Counted from the first letter of the stretch, positions 1-12,581 are shown. The stretch: 64,000 nt of DNA from Candidatus Eremiobacteria bacterium (GCA_963737065.1 CAVTRC010000001.1:1536001-1600000); one strand, 5' to 3'. The notes: generated by a model not told the origin, from the sequence alone. Numbers and translations: made by a program.

Positions 1-1044
1 GTGCGCGCGCGCTTCTCGACTCGTCGCTCGTCTGGAACAACCACACCTGTCTTCCGCTTCGGCCCGACGCCTATGACGTTTTTCGAACAGATCGAACGCG
101 AACGCACAGCCGGCATCGACGTTACGAGCATTAACGTCGGATTCGGGCCGCAGTCACTCGAGAGTCACGTCCGCGTGCTCGCCGGAATGCGCGACTGGTT
201 CGCTCAGCGTAGCGATCGTTACGTCGTCGTCGATTGCGTTGCGGACATCGACGCCGCGCGCAACGCCGGAAAGCTCGCCGTGCATTTCGACGTCGAAGGA
301 ATGGCGATTCTCGACGACGGCAATCCGGGCATCGTTGCGATGTTACGCGATCTCGGCGTTCGTTGGATCTCGATCGCGTACAATCGCAACAACGCGATCG
401 GCGGCGGGTGCTACGATGACGATCCGGGATTGACGGCGTACGGGCGCAGCGTGCTGCGCGAGGTGCGTCGCGCCGGGATGCTCATCTGCTGTTCGCATAC
501 CGGTCATCGCACCGCGCGTGCGGTGCTCGATGAGGCGGATGGGCCGGTGATTTTCTCGCACTCCAACTGCAGCGCCGTCTATCCGCATCCGCGCAACATC
601 GCCGACGATTTGCTGCGTGCGTGCGCGCAAACCGGGGGCGTCGTCGGCATCAACGGAATCGGCCCGTTTCTCGACGCCGGCGACGACGGGCTCGTCGAGG
701 CGTTCGTGCGTCACGTGGACCACGCGGTGCAGGTTGCAGGACCCAATCACGTCGGCATCGCGCTCGACTTTTGCTACGACCAGGCGGAGCTCGCGAAGTA
801 CATCCGCACGATGCGCGAGACGTTTCCCGACGATGCGACCTTCTCGCGCGCGCCGAACATGATCGCGCCGGAAGCGCTCATCGACATCGTCACCGGCCTG
901 TGCGGTCTCGGATACGATGACGAGACGATTCGCAAGATCCTCGGCGGAAATTGGCGCCGCGTTCGCGGAGACCGCCTGGGTTTTATAGGCGCCGCTGCGA
1001 CGCTCAGGGCGCTCGCGCGTGTTTCTTTGTCATGCGGCGGGTAA
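1..1044 (+). CDS. Membrane dipeptidase (peptidase M19 / renal dipeptidase family), probably 5'-truncated by the window edge
   Basis: Motifs ...EG..., YNRNNAIGGG, GLTAYGR, SHTG, FSHSN, HPRNIADD, HVDH...HVGIALDF and ILGGNWRRV. The C-terminal tail may be frameshifted. Confidence 0.9.
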   Translation: MRARFSTRRSSGTTTPVFRFGPTPMTFFEQIERERTAGIDVTSINVGFGPQSLESHVRVLAGMRDWFAQRSDRYVVVDCVADIDAARNAGKLAVHFDVEGMAILDDGNPGIVAMLRDLGVRWISIAYNRNNAIGGGCYDDDPGLTAYGRSVLREVRRAGMLICCSHTGHRTARAVLDEADGPVIFSHSNCSAVYPHPRNIADDLLRACAQTGGVVGINGIGPFLDAGDDGLVEAFVRHVDHAVQVAGPNHVGIALDFCYDQAELAKYIRTMRETFPDDATFSRAPNMIAPEALIDIVTGLCGLGYDDETIRKILGGNWRRVRGDRLGFIGAAATLRALARVSLSCGG

Positions 1045-1053
1045 CGAACGCCT

Positions 1054-4000
1054 ATGGCGGCACGCTCAACACCCGGCCCGGCGACCCACTGGCGACGGGT
1101 CGTGTTCGTGCTTGCCTGTATTGCCGCTGTCATCGTTGTCGTGTGCGCGTTGGCCCTCTCGAAGGCCGGAATCGAAACACTCGCCAGTATGGCGACCGGC
1201 ACGAAGGTGTCGATCGGCGGCAATGCACGCGTCACGCCGACGCATGCGTCGCTCGACGACGTCACCATCAAAGCCAAGACCGGCGAGCCGCTCTTGCATG
1301 TTGCGCATGTCGATGCGCAATACAGCCTGCGCGATTTACTGCCCGGCGGAAAACGGCTTTTCGGATTGCGCGGATTCAATGTCGTCGGTCCGCAGTTGAC
1401 GCTGATTCGGCACAAAGACGGCACGTGGAACTATTCGCTGCCGCCTGCGAAGAAGAACGGCGCGCCCGGGCCGCCGATGGATTTCGACGGCCGCTTGAGC
1501 AACGGCAGCGTCACGGTCATCGATCAGAGTCAAGGCGTTCCGGCCGCGCGCGAATTGCACGTCAACGGCCTGAACGCCGACTTGCACATGCATCCGTCGC
1601 GTTCGCAGTATCGCATTGCGGCGAATTACATCGAAAGCGGACGCGCGTACACGATCGGCGGCAGCGGCGACATTAACCCGTCCGCCGGTTATAGCGTGCA
1701 GCACATCCACGTGCCGCCCATGCCCATCGCGCGGCTCGTGGATTTCGGTTTGAACAATCCGAGCATGCATCTCGCGAGCGGAGCCATCAGCGGTTCGGAC
1801 GTACGCATCCTCGGCTTGCCGGACGGAAACGGCGGATTGCAGCAGCATATTACCGCGACGACGATGCTGCGCGACGTGCGTGTCGCCGTCGGCGGCCTTT
1901 CGAAGCCGATTCGCGACGTGCACGGCCGCCTCGACGTCTACGATAACGGCGCGACGTTCGACGGCGTCGACGGCACGCTCGCAAGCGTCCCGTTCGATCT
2001 GCGCGGCGGCGTGTACGATTTGACGAAGCCGCATTTCCGCTTCGCGCTGCAGATGCACGGCGACGTCGCGAAACTGCGTACGGCGGTCACGCAAGCAGCG
2101 CACCTGCCCGCGCGCGGCAACATCGACCTCGCGATTCTTCTGGAAGGCGCCGCATCGAATCCGCTCGCGATGATCGCGGTCGACGGCAAACGCATCGATT
2201 ACGCCGGCCAGCGCATCGACGGCGCGCACGGATTGGTCGCATTCAATCAGGCCGAAGTGGATCTGCTCGACGTGCACGCGCGTTGGCACGGCGCGCAAGC
2301 GGGCGCGCAAGGACGCGTCGCGCTCACGAAGCGTCCGAACGGCGTCGAAGTCATCGCGGGCGCGCAAGCACCGTCATCGGCGCTTGCCGTACGTTCCGAT
2401 GATTCTGCCCGGCATGCCGCTCAACGGCATGATGCTCGCAAGCGCCGACGATCCGAAGCACGTACAAACGCGCGGCGTCGTCCACGGTGTTTCCGGTTCG
2501 CAACGGTTAGCGGGCGCGTTTAGCGTGACGAGCGACGGCGTCGGCACCGTCGGACCGTTGATCGTCGACGGCGCGAACGGGACGCTGTACGGCCAACTCG
2601 CGCTCGATCATCCGCACGGGCACCACGTCGGGTTCCTCGACGCGCGTAATTTCCGTGTCGCGGCGCGCGGCATGCGTAACGCCGTAATTCTCAACGGCGA
2701 CGTGCTCGGCACCGCAAGCAACACGCGCGTGACCGCGATGACCGCGAAGGCGCGCGTACACGGTTCGCTCGATGCGCTCGACGCGTTCATGCCGGGCGCC
2801 GGCGTGCACGGCACGCTCGATGCGCCGGTGCTCGCCGTTTCCGACGGGCAGAACATCATCGCGCAAGTGGACGGCGCGCAGTTCCATCACGCGTCGGTAC
2901 GCGGCGTCACGCTGCAAGGCGTGAATGCAACGGTCGCCTCGGATCTCGGCGGACACGTCCGCGTGCTCGCAGCCAACGCGCGCGTCAGCGGCCGCGACAT
3001 CATCGCGAATGGAACGCTCAGCACGCGCGGCACCAACATGGCAATTTCCGCCGGACGCGTGCCGCTGATGCATGGCGCGGTGAGCGCCGCCGCATTGGTG
3101 AGCGGAACCGCGCAAGCGCCGGTCGTGACGGCAGCGGCCGTTGCGAACGGCGTGAAGTATGCGAACTACGGTATCGGCGGCCTGGCGTCGCTGAACTACA
3201 ACGGATCGACGCTCAATATTCGCGACACCGCGGTTGACGCCGGTCCCGCGCTCGTCGCGCTCGACGGAACGGTGGCGCATCCCGGAACGTCGTCGCAGTC
3301 ATACGATATCGCGGCACGGACGAGCGCCGCGCACGTGCAGCAGCAGCTCGTCGACGTGTACGTTGATGCCGACGTGCATGCACGCGGCACCGGGATGACG
3401 CCGCACATCAGCGGGCTCGTCGACGTGCCGACCGGCAGCGTCAACGGTCAAGCGTTCCGCGATCTGCACGCGACGCTCAACGGTACGCCGAACGCGCTCG
3501 CCGTCTCGAACGGCGGCGTCCTGGTCAACACGACGAACGTCGCGTTCAACGGCGTGGCCGATGCGATGCGTCGCGGCGGTACGATTTCCGTGCGCGCGCC
3601 GCACGCCGATCTCTCCGACTTCAACGATCTCTTCGATACCGGCGAAACGCTCGGCGGAACCGGCAGCGTCGCGATGACCGCATCGTATGCGCCCGGCGCG
3701 CCGATCGTCACGAGCGGCAACGTGAATCTCGCGGATGTGCGCTACCGCCGCTTCGACATCGGAAACGCCGTCGCGAATTGGCACTCTTCGCACGGCACTC
3801 GTGAACTTCGTCGCGTCGGCCGGCGGCGCAAACGGCACGATTCACGCGAACGGCACGCGAATCCGTCGACGTACGCGGTCGTGGCAAACGCAAACGTCAG
3901 CCGCCTGAACTTGCAGACGTGGCTGCCGATGATCGGCATGACGATGCCGGTTATGGGGCGCGTCGACGCCAACGCAAGCGTCGCCGGACGGTTCCCGGAC

Positions 4001-5886
4001 ATGAACGCGCGGTTGAACGCGCGCGTGCTGCAAGGCATGGCGTGGGGCATTCCGGTGCAAGAAGCGACCGTTGCATTGCACACGGCCGGCGGCCGCGGCA
4101 CGCTCGACCGCGCAACGTTGCGCATTCCGAACGCCGTTGCGGATGCATCCGGAACGTTTGGATTGCATCCGCGCGATCGACTCGCGCTCGTCGCGCACGC
4201 GAGTACGCCGAACATCGGTGCGGTCGCGCGTGAAGCCGGCATGAAGATGCCGTCGCTCGCAGGACGCGTTCAGACGGCGGCAACCGTGCGCGGCACGCGC
4301 GCGAATCCGCAACTCGCCGACACGACGACGGTCGATGAACTGAAGTATGAGAAACTCACCGTTCCGCATGCGAGCGCGCAAGTCGCGGCAACGATGCGGC
4401 GCGTGACGCTTGCAGCGCGGCGAAATCGATCTCGCACCGGGCCGGCTGCTCTTCGCCGGAAGTGCACCGTTCCGCTGCGCGATGCACCGTTCGATGCCTC
4501 GGTCGTCGCGGACAACGTGGAACTGGGACAATTCGCCTCGCTCTTGCCGCAGGGAACGAAGCTCACCGGGCGCATCGACGGCCGCGTGACCGCGAACGGG
4601 CGCACCGACAATCCGCAGTTCGGCGGATTGATGACGCTCGCGAACGCGTCGTACTCTTCGCCGCTGGAAAAGTGCCGATTACCGGCATCGGTTCGCAGCT
4701 CGCGTTCCACGGTACGCGCGTCGACCTGCAGAACACGCGAGCAAATGTCGGCGGCGGCACGTTGACGCGCATCGGGCAACGCATCGGTTCCGACGATCCG
4801 TGACATCGGCGCGATCGCATTCAACCTGCGCGCGGATGCGAACGCACGTGCGTATCGATTCGCCGCAATACTATAAAGGCTTGATCGACGGCACGGTCAC
4901 CGCGACGCGCGCGCCGCGCGGGCTCATCAACATCGGCGGCAGCGTCGCGGTTTCGTCCGCGCGCATTCCGCTGACCGCGCTCTTCAATCCGTCGTCATCG
5001 AAGGCGCCGTCGGGTCCGGCGCTGCCGATCGGATTCGATAATTTGCGCGCTCGTCGTTGGACGTGACGTGCGCGTACAGAGCCCAAACGTCGATGTCGGC
5101 GGTGAAGGCGGCATCACGCTCGCCGGTACGCTCGCATCGCCGCGCGTGCGAGGCAGCGTCGTATCGACCGGCGGAACCGTCAGTTTCTATCGTGACTTCA
5201 CCGTGAATCATGCGACGGTCGCGTTCGATGGCAGCGGCGTCATTCCGGACATCAATGCGGTCGCGACGACGTACATTACGAATCCCGATACGTACATCCG
5301 CATTCACGTGACCGGGCCCGGCGACCGACATGAACCTCGCGCTCGCATCCGATCCGCCCTACGACCGTACGCAGATCCTCGGACTGCTTGCGGGCGTACA
5401 GCAATTCGGCGCGGTACAAGGGGTTGCCACCACGTCCGGCGGCACGAAGGAGAATGCATTCACATCGATGGCGGCCGGTCAGCTCAATACGGTCTTTACG
5501 CGCAACCTGCTCGAACCGCTCTCGACCGCGCTCGGCGGCGCGTTCGGCTTCAATGACGTGCAATTGAGCAATTCGCTCACCGGCGGCTTCGGTGCGAGCG
5601 TCACGAAAGGGCTCGGCAAACATTTCAATGCGATTTTCGCCGAGAATTTTGGTCAGCCACGTCGCCAAAGTTTGACACTCGAGACGGTGTCGCACAAAGC
5701 GATCTCGCTGCGCGGTACGTTTTATTCGCAAGATCAGGCGACGGTGTTCGGTACGAACCCGCGCCGCAATCGACCGTCGGCATGAACGCGTTCGGCGGCA
5801 ATCTGTTGTCGATCCAACCGATGAGCGGTACGAGCGGTTTCGATCTCAACCTCGCGAGGAAGTTCCCATGCGCTGGCTGTCCGTAA
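1054..5886 (+). CDS. tamB: TamB/AsmA-like translocation and assembly module protein, split by several frameshifts
   Basis: N-terminal TM anchor, long Gly/Val/Thr-rich beta repeats across ORFs 1054-2523, 2384-4765, 4800-5066, 5068-5556 and 5330-5785. The C-terminus is DUF490-like (GTLASPRVRGSV, FDGSGVIPDINAVA, LASDPPYDRTQILGLL). Stop TAA at 5884-5886. Confidence 0.75.
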
Positions 5887-7113
5887 TCGCGATCGCGTTC
5901 ATTGCGGGTTGCGCGGCATCGGCGCAGCCGGCGCCGCACAACGCGACGCACGGCCTGGCGTACGTCGACGTGCGCCGCATCGAGGCGATGCCGCAATGCG
6001 CGGATTTTACGCGGCGTACGATCGCGAAGCCGCTTCGCTCAAAGCGACGCAACACATTCCGCAGTTGACCGACACGCGGCCGATCGCGCAACGGCAAGCG
6101 CAGGTCGTGCAGAACGGTGCGCGTGAAGCGAACGCGGCGCTGAGCGCGTTGCGCTCGCGCGTGTCGCAGTACGCACCGCGCGAAGACGCGATGCTCTCGT
6201 CGAACGTTCGCTCGCAGATGATCAGCAACTACGCGCGCGAAGCGTCGGCAGTTCGCTCGAAAGTCGGCACGTCGGCGAACGTCTATCGCAGCGAATTGAA
6301 CCGCGAAGCGAATGCCTCGCTCGCGCAATATCGTGCGTCGCTCGATTCCCGCGTGAACAGCGCGTATGCGGCGCGCGCGCAGCAGCTGCGCGAAAAAGAA
6401 TCCGACCTCGAAATCAAACTGATGCGCGCCGATGCGGCGCAGGATATGCTGCTGCGCGTGAAGCTGCAGAATTTGAAGGCGCCGCAAGTCAACCGCGCCG
6501 CGCTACGCGCGCGACTGAACGCGCTCGAAGCGCCGCGAGAATCGCGCGGTCAACGCGCTTCGCGCGAAGGATGCGCGGACGCTCGCTGCGTACCGCGCGC
6601 AACTCGTCGCGTGCTGCCACGCGCGACTACGCAAACACGGCGCAGCAACTGCAGGCGAAAGCGCAAGCGAATTGGCAGTTGCGCCAGCGCGTGACGCAAG
6701 CGCAGCTGCAGATGCCGCAGCAGCTGGCGATCGGTGTCGGAAGTGCGAACGGTTCGTTCGGCGATCGCCTCGTCGCCACGGCGAACGACTTGCGCGACTA
6801 CGTGCGCACGCGGTTCAACAACGATGCGTCGACGACGGGTACGGCGTTTACGAGCGCGGCGTCGGATATCGCGCAACGCTTCACGACCATCGCGGCGTTG
6901 GATACCGACGCGCGCGGTTCGGCATCGAATGAAATTATCGCCTTGCGTCGCTATCGCGGGGCGCTTACCGATCAAGTCGATCGCGAAGCCCGCACGGTGG
7001 CGCAGCGCATCGCCGCCCAACGCGGACTGGCGTTGACCGATTCACCGGCGCCCGGTGCGGTCGATCTGACGCCCGAGGTGATGCGTCAACTGAGCACGAT
7101 TTTCGGGCACTAA
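5868..7113 (+). CDS. OmpH/Skp-like lipoprotein with an extended coiled coil (frameshifted)
   Basis: Lipobox FIAG-C, N-terminal AYVDVRRI, long Ala/Gln/Arg helical region, C-terminal IAAQRGL...VDLTPEVMRQL resembling the OmpH end. Assembled from ORFs 5868-6068, 5909-6694 and 6571-7113. Confidence 0.6.
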
Positions 7114-7121
7114 CCCGCTAT

Positions 7122-9165
7122 GTGCGGGAGGGCGAACGCGGGTTCACGCTCGTAGAGATGGTAATCGCGGTGGCAATCGCCGCGATTCTTCTTGTCGCGG
7201 GCGGCGCATGGATGATGTCGATGCGCCCCGGCGCACTGCGCGGCGCCGTCAACGATTTCGACAGCGCGCTCGCGGTCGCGCGCCAACTCGCTGCAACAAG
7301 CGGGAACGGCGCAACGCTCGCCTTTCTTCCTCGAACGGACGGCGCGCAAGGCTTCATGCTACGCGTGTATTCCGGCCGGCCGAATGTTGCAAATGCGGTC
7401 ACCGCAACAAACACGATGATCGTCTCGAGCAATGCAACGGTCAGCGACGCTACATATGGTTCGCCGCCGTTTGCGATCTTTTTGAGCAGCGCCGGGTATC
7501 CGACCGGGAAAGCATCGTATCCGGCGATCGATCGATCGGGAAACATTACGTTTCCCGTTGTCGCAACGCAGCCGCCATGTCCGTCGGGCGGCATCGCGCT
7601 TACGTTTACGTCGCCGCAGGGCGCGACGCAAACGCGGTCGTTGCAATGCAACGTGGTCGTCACCGGTGTCGCGGCTGCCAATCCGTCTCCGACGCCGAAC
7701 CCGCCGCACATCGTGCCGCAATTCATGCTCGCCCATTGGACCGGCGATGCGAATCCGCTGCAATTCAAGGTTGCCGAGATGGGCTACGCTCATTGGTTTG
7801 CGTCGTCCACCGGGACCGATTGCCAAACGCAAGGTTCCGATAACGGAAACGCGCCCGCAGCCTTTCCATCCGGTTGGCCGTATTCGTCGCCGTTGACGCC
7901 GGGTGAAACATCGCTCGCGCCGTCTGCGCCTGCGGCGCCGTATTCCTGGCCGAACGGCGATGTCGACGATCCCGTCGCCGCATTTCACATGCAGCCCTCA
8001 GTCGGCGGAACGTGCGCCGTTCGCATCGTCGACGACTACAATCAAGAAGTCGACGCGCAAGTGCAAGTCATGGGAAATCTCACTTCGAGCACGCCGTCGC
8101 TGTCGTTCAGTGCTCCAACCGCGCCCGCGCAAACGATCACGTTAACGAAGACGTGGGACAGCGAACCGCTTCAACTCCAAGCCGGCGGCGGTTGCGGCGG
8201 AGTGATTAGTGTCTCGAAGGGAACGGTAAAGACTCCCGCGTCGCCCGGTACGACGCCGGCGACGGCGCAACTTATCGTCGCGCCGTCATCGGCCGGCTCA
8301 TGCACGCTGATCGTCGGCGATCAATACGGCGAACCCACGATTAGCATCCCGATCAACGTCAAGAATCCCACGGGACCGCTGAACACGCTCGGCGCGATCG
8401 AATTCGGGAACCAAACCCTCGCGTACGAACCGATGGACGTGCGCGTCGCCGAAATTATTGAACAAGATGCTTGTCGGCGGCAACGCGATCGCCGATGCGT
8501 CGATGTGCACGAGTTATCCGTATGCGCGGCTTGTGGCTGCAAGGCGGCAACTGTCGACGCAAATTCTGCCGACGGCTTCAATACGACGGACGCAACCGGC
8601 TGTATGAGCAACGGACAGCTGCCAAAACTATGGGCGACAGAAGAGCGGCTACAGCGGACAATTCGACTGCGGTCTTTAACGCGTGCCAGAATTATGCCTC
8701 GATCAGTGCATCGAACTGGAGTGTCAGCAAGCTACGCGACGATCACGCCGGTTGCGCCTACGACTGGCTGCGTTTTTCCCGTTGAGTCGACGGATAAGAC
8801 AGTCGCGAACGGTGGCAGCAAGAACGTTACGCTCGTTGTCGATCGCTGATTGTACGAATCTCAGCGGTCAAGCGACATCCCGCGATCCGGTAAAGATGGC
8901 TGTGGGACAGACGTGCACGATTCCGATCACATCGGTCGAGAACGATAGTCCTTGGTGCGACAATGGCGGTGGCGGCGAGCTCGACGGTTACACCGGCCTC
9001 TATCAAACGATAATCAAAGGTTCCGGCGGGGGTGGTACCGTTTCGGGGGGCGACGGCTCTCTGACAGTTAACAGCGACTCGTGCGGGTTTGCTTTGGGTG
9101 CAGGTCCAATGGCAGTATCAAACTTACACAGGCCACTGTCAACCGAATCTGCGGTATCAAGATGA
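7122..9165 (+). CDS. Large prepilin-type N-terminal cleavage/methylation domain protein (minor pilin or adhesin-like), 3' part frameshifted
   Basis: Class III signal RG|FTLVEMVIAVAIAAILLV followed by Ser/Thr/Pro/Gly-rich beta domains with Cys pairs. The true 3' end is uncertain (8849 or about 9165). Confidence 0.75.
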
Positions 9166-9259
9166 GGGCGACTACTATTTCGAAATTGATTCGTAGAAAA
9201 TAATTAAAACGGAGCGCGACTTTTACCGGTGCGTTCCGTATCGTTTATCGTGTTTTTGG

Positions 9260-9423
9260 TTATGCCCAGGATGCCAGGCGTCTGCGCTGGGTATGGCCTC
9301 GAGCGACGATCAACCATTTCTTTCACGGCGCGTTGCGTGTTGTTACCGTGCTTTTGCTCATGGCCAGGGATGCGACGGCGACGGCGATGGATACGGCGTG
9401 GCCCGCGGATCGACCATCCCTTC
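9260..9423. repeat. Degenerate tandem duplication of the lipoprotein 3' end (9260-9323 vs 9358-9423)
   Basis: ttatgcccaggatgccaggcg...gatcaaccat aligns with tcatggccagggatgcgacggcg...gatcgaccat. Minus-strand peptides are MVDRRSRPYP vs MVDPRATPYP. Confidence 0.6.
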
Positions 9424-10221
9424 GGACGTTGCTACATTGTGCGCTCCACCGTTGTCGCCATCGAAGTACGCCGTCTGCGCGTACGACATCCACCAACCGA
9501 GAACAAAGCCGCTATTGATCATGTCCGAACAGTCCTGGCCATTGCCATCGCCTGAATTGTAGTTCGTCAGTACGTTCGGGTCTTGAGGAAAGCTGTTCGT
9601 CGTAGTTGCAACCGACCAATAGCCACGATGATCTTCCGTAAGCCATTCATCTGAAACGACAGTCGATAGGCCGTGGGATTGGCGCGTACTGTTTTCCAAA
9701 GCGAGACATGCTTGTTCGGCGGACGTTAACGTTGTCAAACGAAACTTGCCGGAATACTCAATCGGATTCGCGGTTGCTCCGGGCGCGGGGCCGATCTTCG
9801 GCGCGGTCAGTGAATTCGCGCCGGGCGTCAACGTCACCATGTCGTGAATCGTCGGACGATTACTCGCGTCGGGATACGTGTCGTTTCCGATCACGAGTAA
9901 ATACGTGCCCGGCGCATGCGTGCACCGTGAACGAACCGTCCGCTGCCGTCGTGCCTTGCGGATTCGGTGTTGCGCCGGCGGTGTTTGGCTGCGAGACCAA
10001 CCTAAGATTCCCGCGAGTGCAGTGCCCGTTTCGTGGTCGACGAGTACACCCGACGCCGTCGCGGTCGCCGGCGTGGTGCTTGCCGTCGGAAACACGATCG
10101 GCGTTGATGTCGTCGACGGCGTGGTACCGCCGCCACCGCCGCCGCCGCATGCGACCAGTGCCGCACATAATACAATTCCGGCCGCGATATAACGCGGCGA
10201 CTCCATACGCCCGAAATGCAA
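9358..10221 (-). CDS. Secreted lipoprotein with a carboxypeptidase-regulatory-like domain and a CAP/SCP-like C-terminal domain
   Basis: Lipobox ALVA-C plus a poly-Gly linker, SGVLVDHETG...GTTAADGSFT...PGTYLLVI (locally frameshifted), then EQACLALENSTRQSHGL resembling the CAP helix. Confidence 0.55.
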   Translation of the reverse strand: MHFGRMESPRYIAAGIVLCAALVACGGGGGGGTTPSTTSTPIVFPTASTTPATATASGVLVDHETGTALAGILGWSRSQTPPAQHRIRKARRQRTVRSRCTHAPGTYLLVIGNDTYPDASNRPTIHDMVTLTPGANSLTAPKIGPAPGATANPIEYSGKFRLTTLTSAEQACLALENSTRQSHGLSTVVSDEWLTEDHRGYWSVATTTNSFPQDPNVLTNYNSGDGNGQDCSDMINSGFVLGWWMSYAQTAYFDGDNGGAHNVATSEGMVDPRATPYPSPSPSHPWP

Positions 10222-10287
10222 AGTTCGTTCTCCTTAACGCGCCCGTCTCGTTTGCTCGCACAGCGAAAGGAAACCTGGCGAAAGAGT

Positions 10288-10743
10288 TTATTCCGCGTTA
10301 GCGCGCTTTAAAATATCGGTAAAGTGCTGCTCGGCCTGCGGATATAGACGCCGGTCCTCCTCGTTCATGCGCGCCTCCAGCGCCTCGCGTACGGTTGTCC
10401 ACTGCTCGAAAAACGCGGCGCGATCGCGATCGATCGATGCAGCATCGGGCCATCGCGCTTCCAGGTCGGCAAACGCGCGCATCACACCGCCCATCTCGAT
10501 GCGAAACTCGCGCGCGGTTGCGCGCACGATTTCGTCGGATGCGCGCGAGAGTGACGGGTAGAGCTGATCGTCTTCTAAGCGCAAATGCCGAACGAGAATC
10601 ACCTTCAATCGTTCGCGCAACAGCATCATCTCTTCGCCGGTGAACGGTTCACACGTCGGAAATTCGCTCAGCATATGACGCAAGACCGTGTGCTGCTGCC
10701 GGCACGTATGGAGCTCGATCCGCCGGTTCAGTGCGTCGCCCAC
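10288..10743 (-). CDS. Hemerythrin HHE cation-binding domain protein
   Basis: QQH..., RHLRLEDDQLYP and RMNEEDRRLYP motifs, 151 aa, all-helical. Confidence 0.8.
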   Translation of the reverse strand: MGDALNRRIELHTCRQQHTVLRHMLSEFPTCEPFTGEEMMLLRERLKVILVRHLRLEDDQLYPSLSRASDEIVRATAREFRIEMGGVMRAFADLEARWPDAASIDRDRAAFFEQWTTVREALEARMNEEDRRLYPQAEQHFTDILKRANAE

Positions 10744-12514
10744 TTAATACACGGGCGATCCCGGCGCGCCGGGTGCGACTGAGCCGTCGTCTGGGGCGAA
10801 GACCAGTCGAAGCGGATAACTCGACCCGGCCTCAGGCATGGTCACGATTGTAACACGAACGAAGCCGCGCGCGGGAACGACGTATTGGCGCACCTTGTAG
10901 CGGCTAAACGGCGGCGCGCGATGCGATTGCACGAGCACGTTATCGATCAGGTACGTGCCGGTCGCGCCGCCGCCGCGCGGGTTCTCGTAGATCGCGATGC
11001 GCTGCGGCGTCGAGAGCGGGTTCTGCACGTTCACGACAAACGACTCGAGCACGCCGTAATCGCCCGCGAGCGCCTCGCCCGCGAGCGTGTTCGGCAGTGG
11101 AATCTGCCCGATCGGTAACTCGAGATAATCATCGGTGACGTTCCACTGCGTCGCGAAGTGAGAACTCGGGAATCTTATAGATCCCGCGCGCGTGCTTGAC
11201 CGTGCTCGTCAGCAGCTGCCCGGTGGTGAGCGCGTTGTCCGGATTATCGGTTGCGTCTTGCGCGACGAGCGTTAAGTGAATGTTCGGGCCTTCCAGCACG
11301 CGCAGCTGCAACAGATTCGCGACGATCGAGCCCGCCGGTAATTCTTGTGTCGCGAGCACCTGCGTCGAATTGCCGCCGATCTGCACGAGCCGCCCTTGAT
11401 TCTGCACGACGTTGACGAGAAACGCTTTGGTCGCCGCGTGGCCGACCTCCATCTCGTTTCTCGTCGGGCCGCCGCGACCGTCGATGTACTGCACGGTTGC
11501 GGGATCGCCGGAATGATTCTCCGCAACGAGCACGATGCGGCGGTCTTTCTTCGCTCGGCGGATTGTAATGGAAGTAGAGGAAGCGCGACGGCACGCCGCG
11601 CTCCAAATCGGCGGAGAACAGAATGCCGTTCTGCGTCAACTTTTCGGGAAAGTCGCTGACCATCAGCACGTCGGGCGAGATGCGCGGCACGGCGATGTTC
11701 TGCACGTAGACGTGCGTGTTGCCCGTGACGCTGAAGTACTGCTCGCCTTGAACGAGCACCGGAACTTCGAGATTCTTCTCCATGTCCTGACGCAGCGGCG
11801 AACGGATATCGACGTCGTCTTGCGAGACGACGACTTGCGCGCCCGGTTGCGTCTGCGTGCGCCGCACGATCGTGCGCTGCACGAGATCGCGCACGTAATC
11901 CGCGTTTGCGGGATCGCCGGTGAGGCGCACCTCGATGTAATTCGGAATCACGCCGGCGTTGTACGCGACGCGCACGCCGGCTGCGGCGCTCACGCCGCGC
12001 GAATCGGTGACGGTGATTACCGTCGATCCCGGCGCTTTGCCGTAAACCGAAATCGTTTGGTCTTGTTGATTCGCGGTGACGGTGAGCACGTTCGGATCTT
12101 GCACCGTCGCGGTGAACTGACCGAACGCGCCGTTGATGCGCGCGGTTTGCGTCGAACCGACCGGCACTTGCAGCGTGCCGGGATTGATGGTGATCGGTGG
12201 CGGCGTCGGCGTCGCAGTCGGCGGCGGTGACGACGTTCGCCGTCGGAACCGGCGACGGCGAACCGCTCGGCGTGACGCTCGCACTTGGCGTGACGAGCGG
12301 CTGGCGTGACGCTCGCGCTCGGCGTGACGCTCTCACTTGGCATCGGCGTCGCAATGCCGGGTGGCGGTGTTTCCGTCGGCGGTGGAGGCGACGGCGATTC
12401 CGTAACGGGAGCAGCGAATGGCGTCGCCGATGCATACGGCGTCGGTTCCGTTTGTTGCGCGCGCGCTGAAGACGCCCAACTGAGGGCGGCTCCAACGCAG
12501 GCAACGAGCATCAA
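10744..12514 (-). CDS. Secreted protein with a Pro/Thr-rich linker and a pilus-assembly N-terminal (Ig-like) domain, frameshifted
   Basis: Signal peptide ...SSARA-Q, PT-rich linker, ITINPGTLQVPVG...VYGKAPGSTVITVTD. Continues through ORFs 11244-12284, 11129-11533 and 10744-11052. Confidence 0.55.
12269..12338. repeat. 18-bp tandem repeat x4 encoding S(A/E)SVTP on the minus strand
   Basis: Units ggcgtgacgctcgcactt / ggcgtgacgagcggct (2 nt short) / ggcgtgacgctcgcgctc / ggcgtgacgctctcactt. Confidence 0.8.
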
Positions 12515-12563
12515 CGAGCGTGCAAGCGCGTGGTGCAGGTGCTAACTCCCGAGTAGCAAGTTT

Positions 12564-12581
12564 ATCCTGAGCGTCGAAGGG
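12564..12581. repeat. REP-like palindromic repeat, degenerate copy
   Basis: atcctgagcgtcgaaggg, immediately 3' of the recQ stop. It is the reverse complement of the CCCTTCGAC..GCTCAGG family. Confidence 0.55.
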
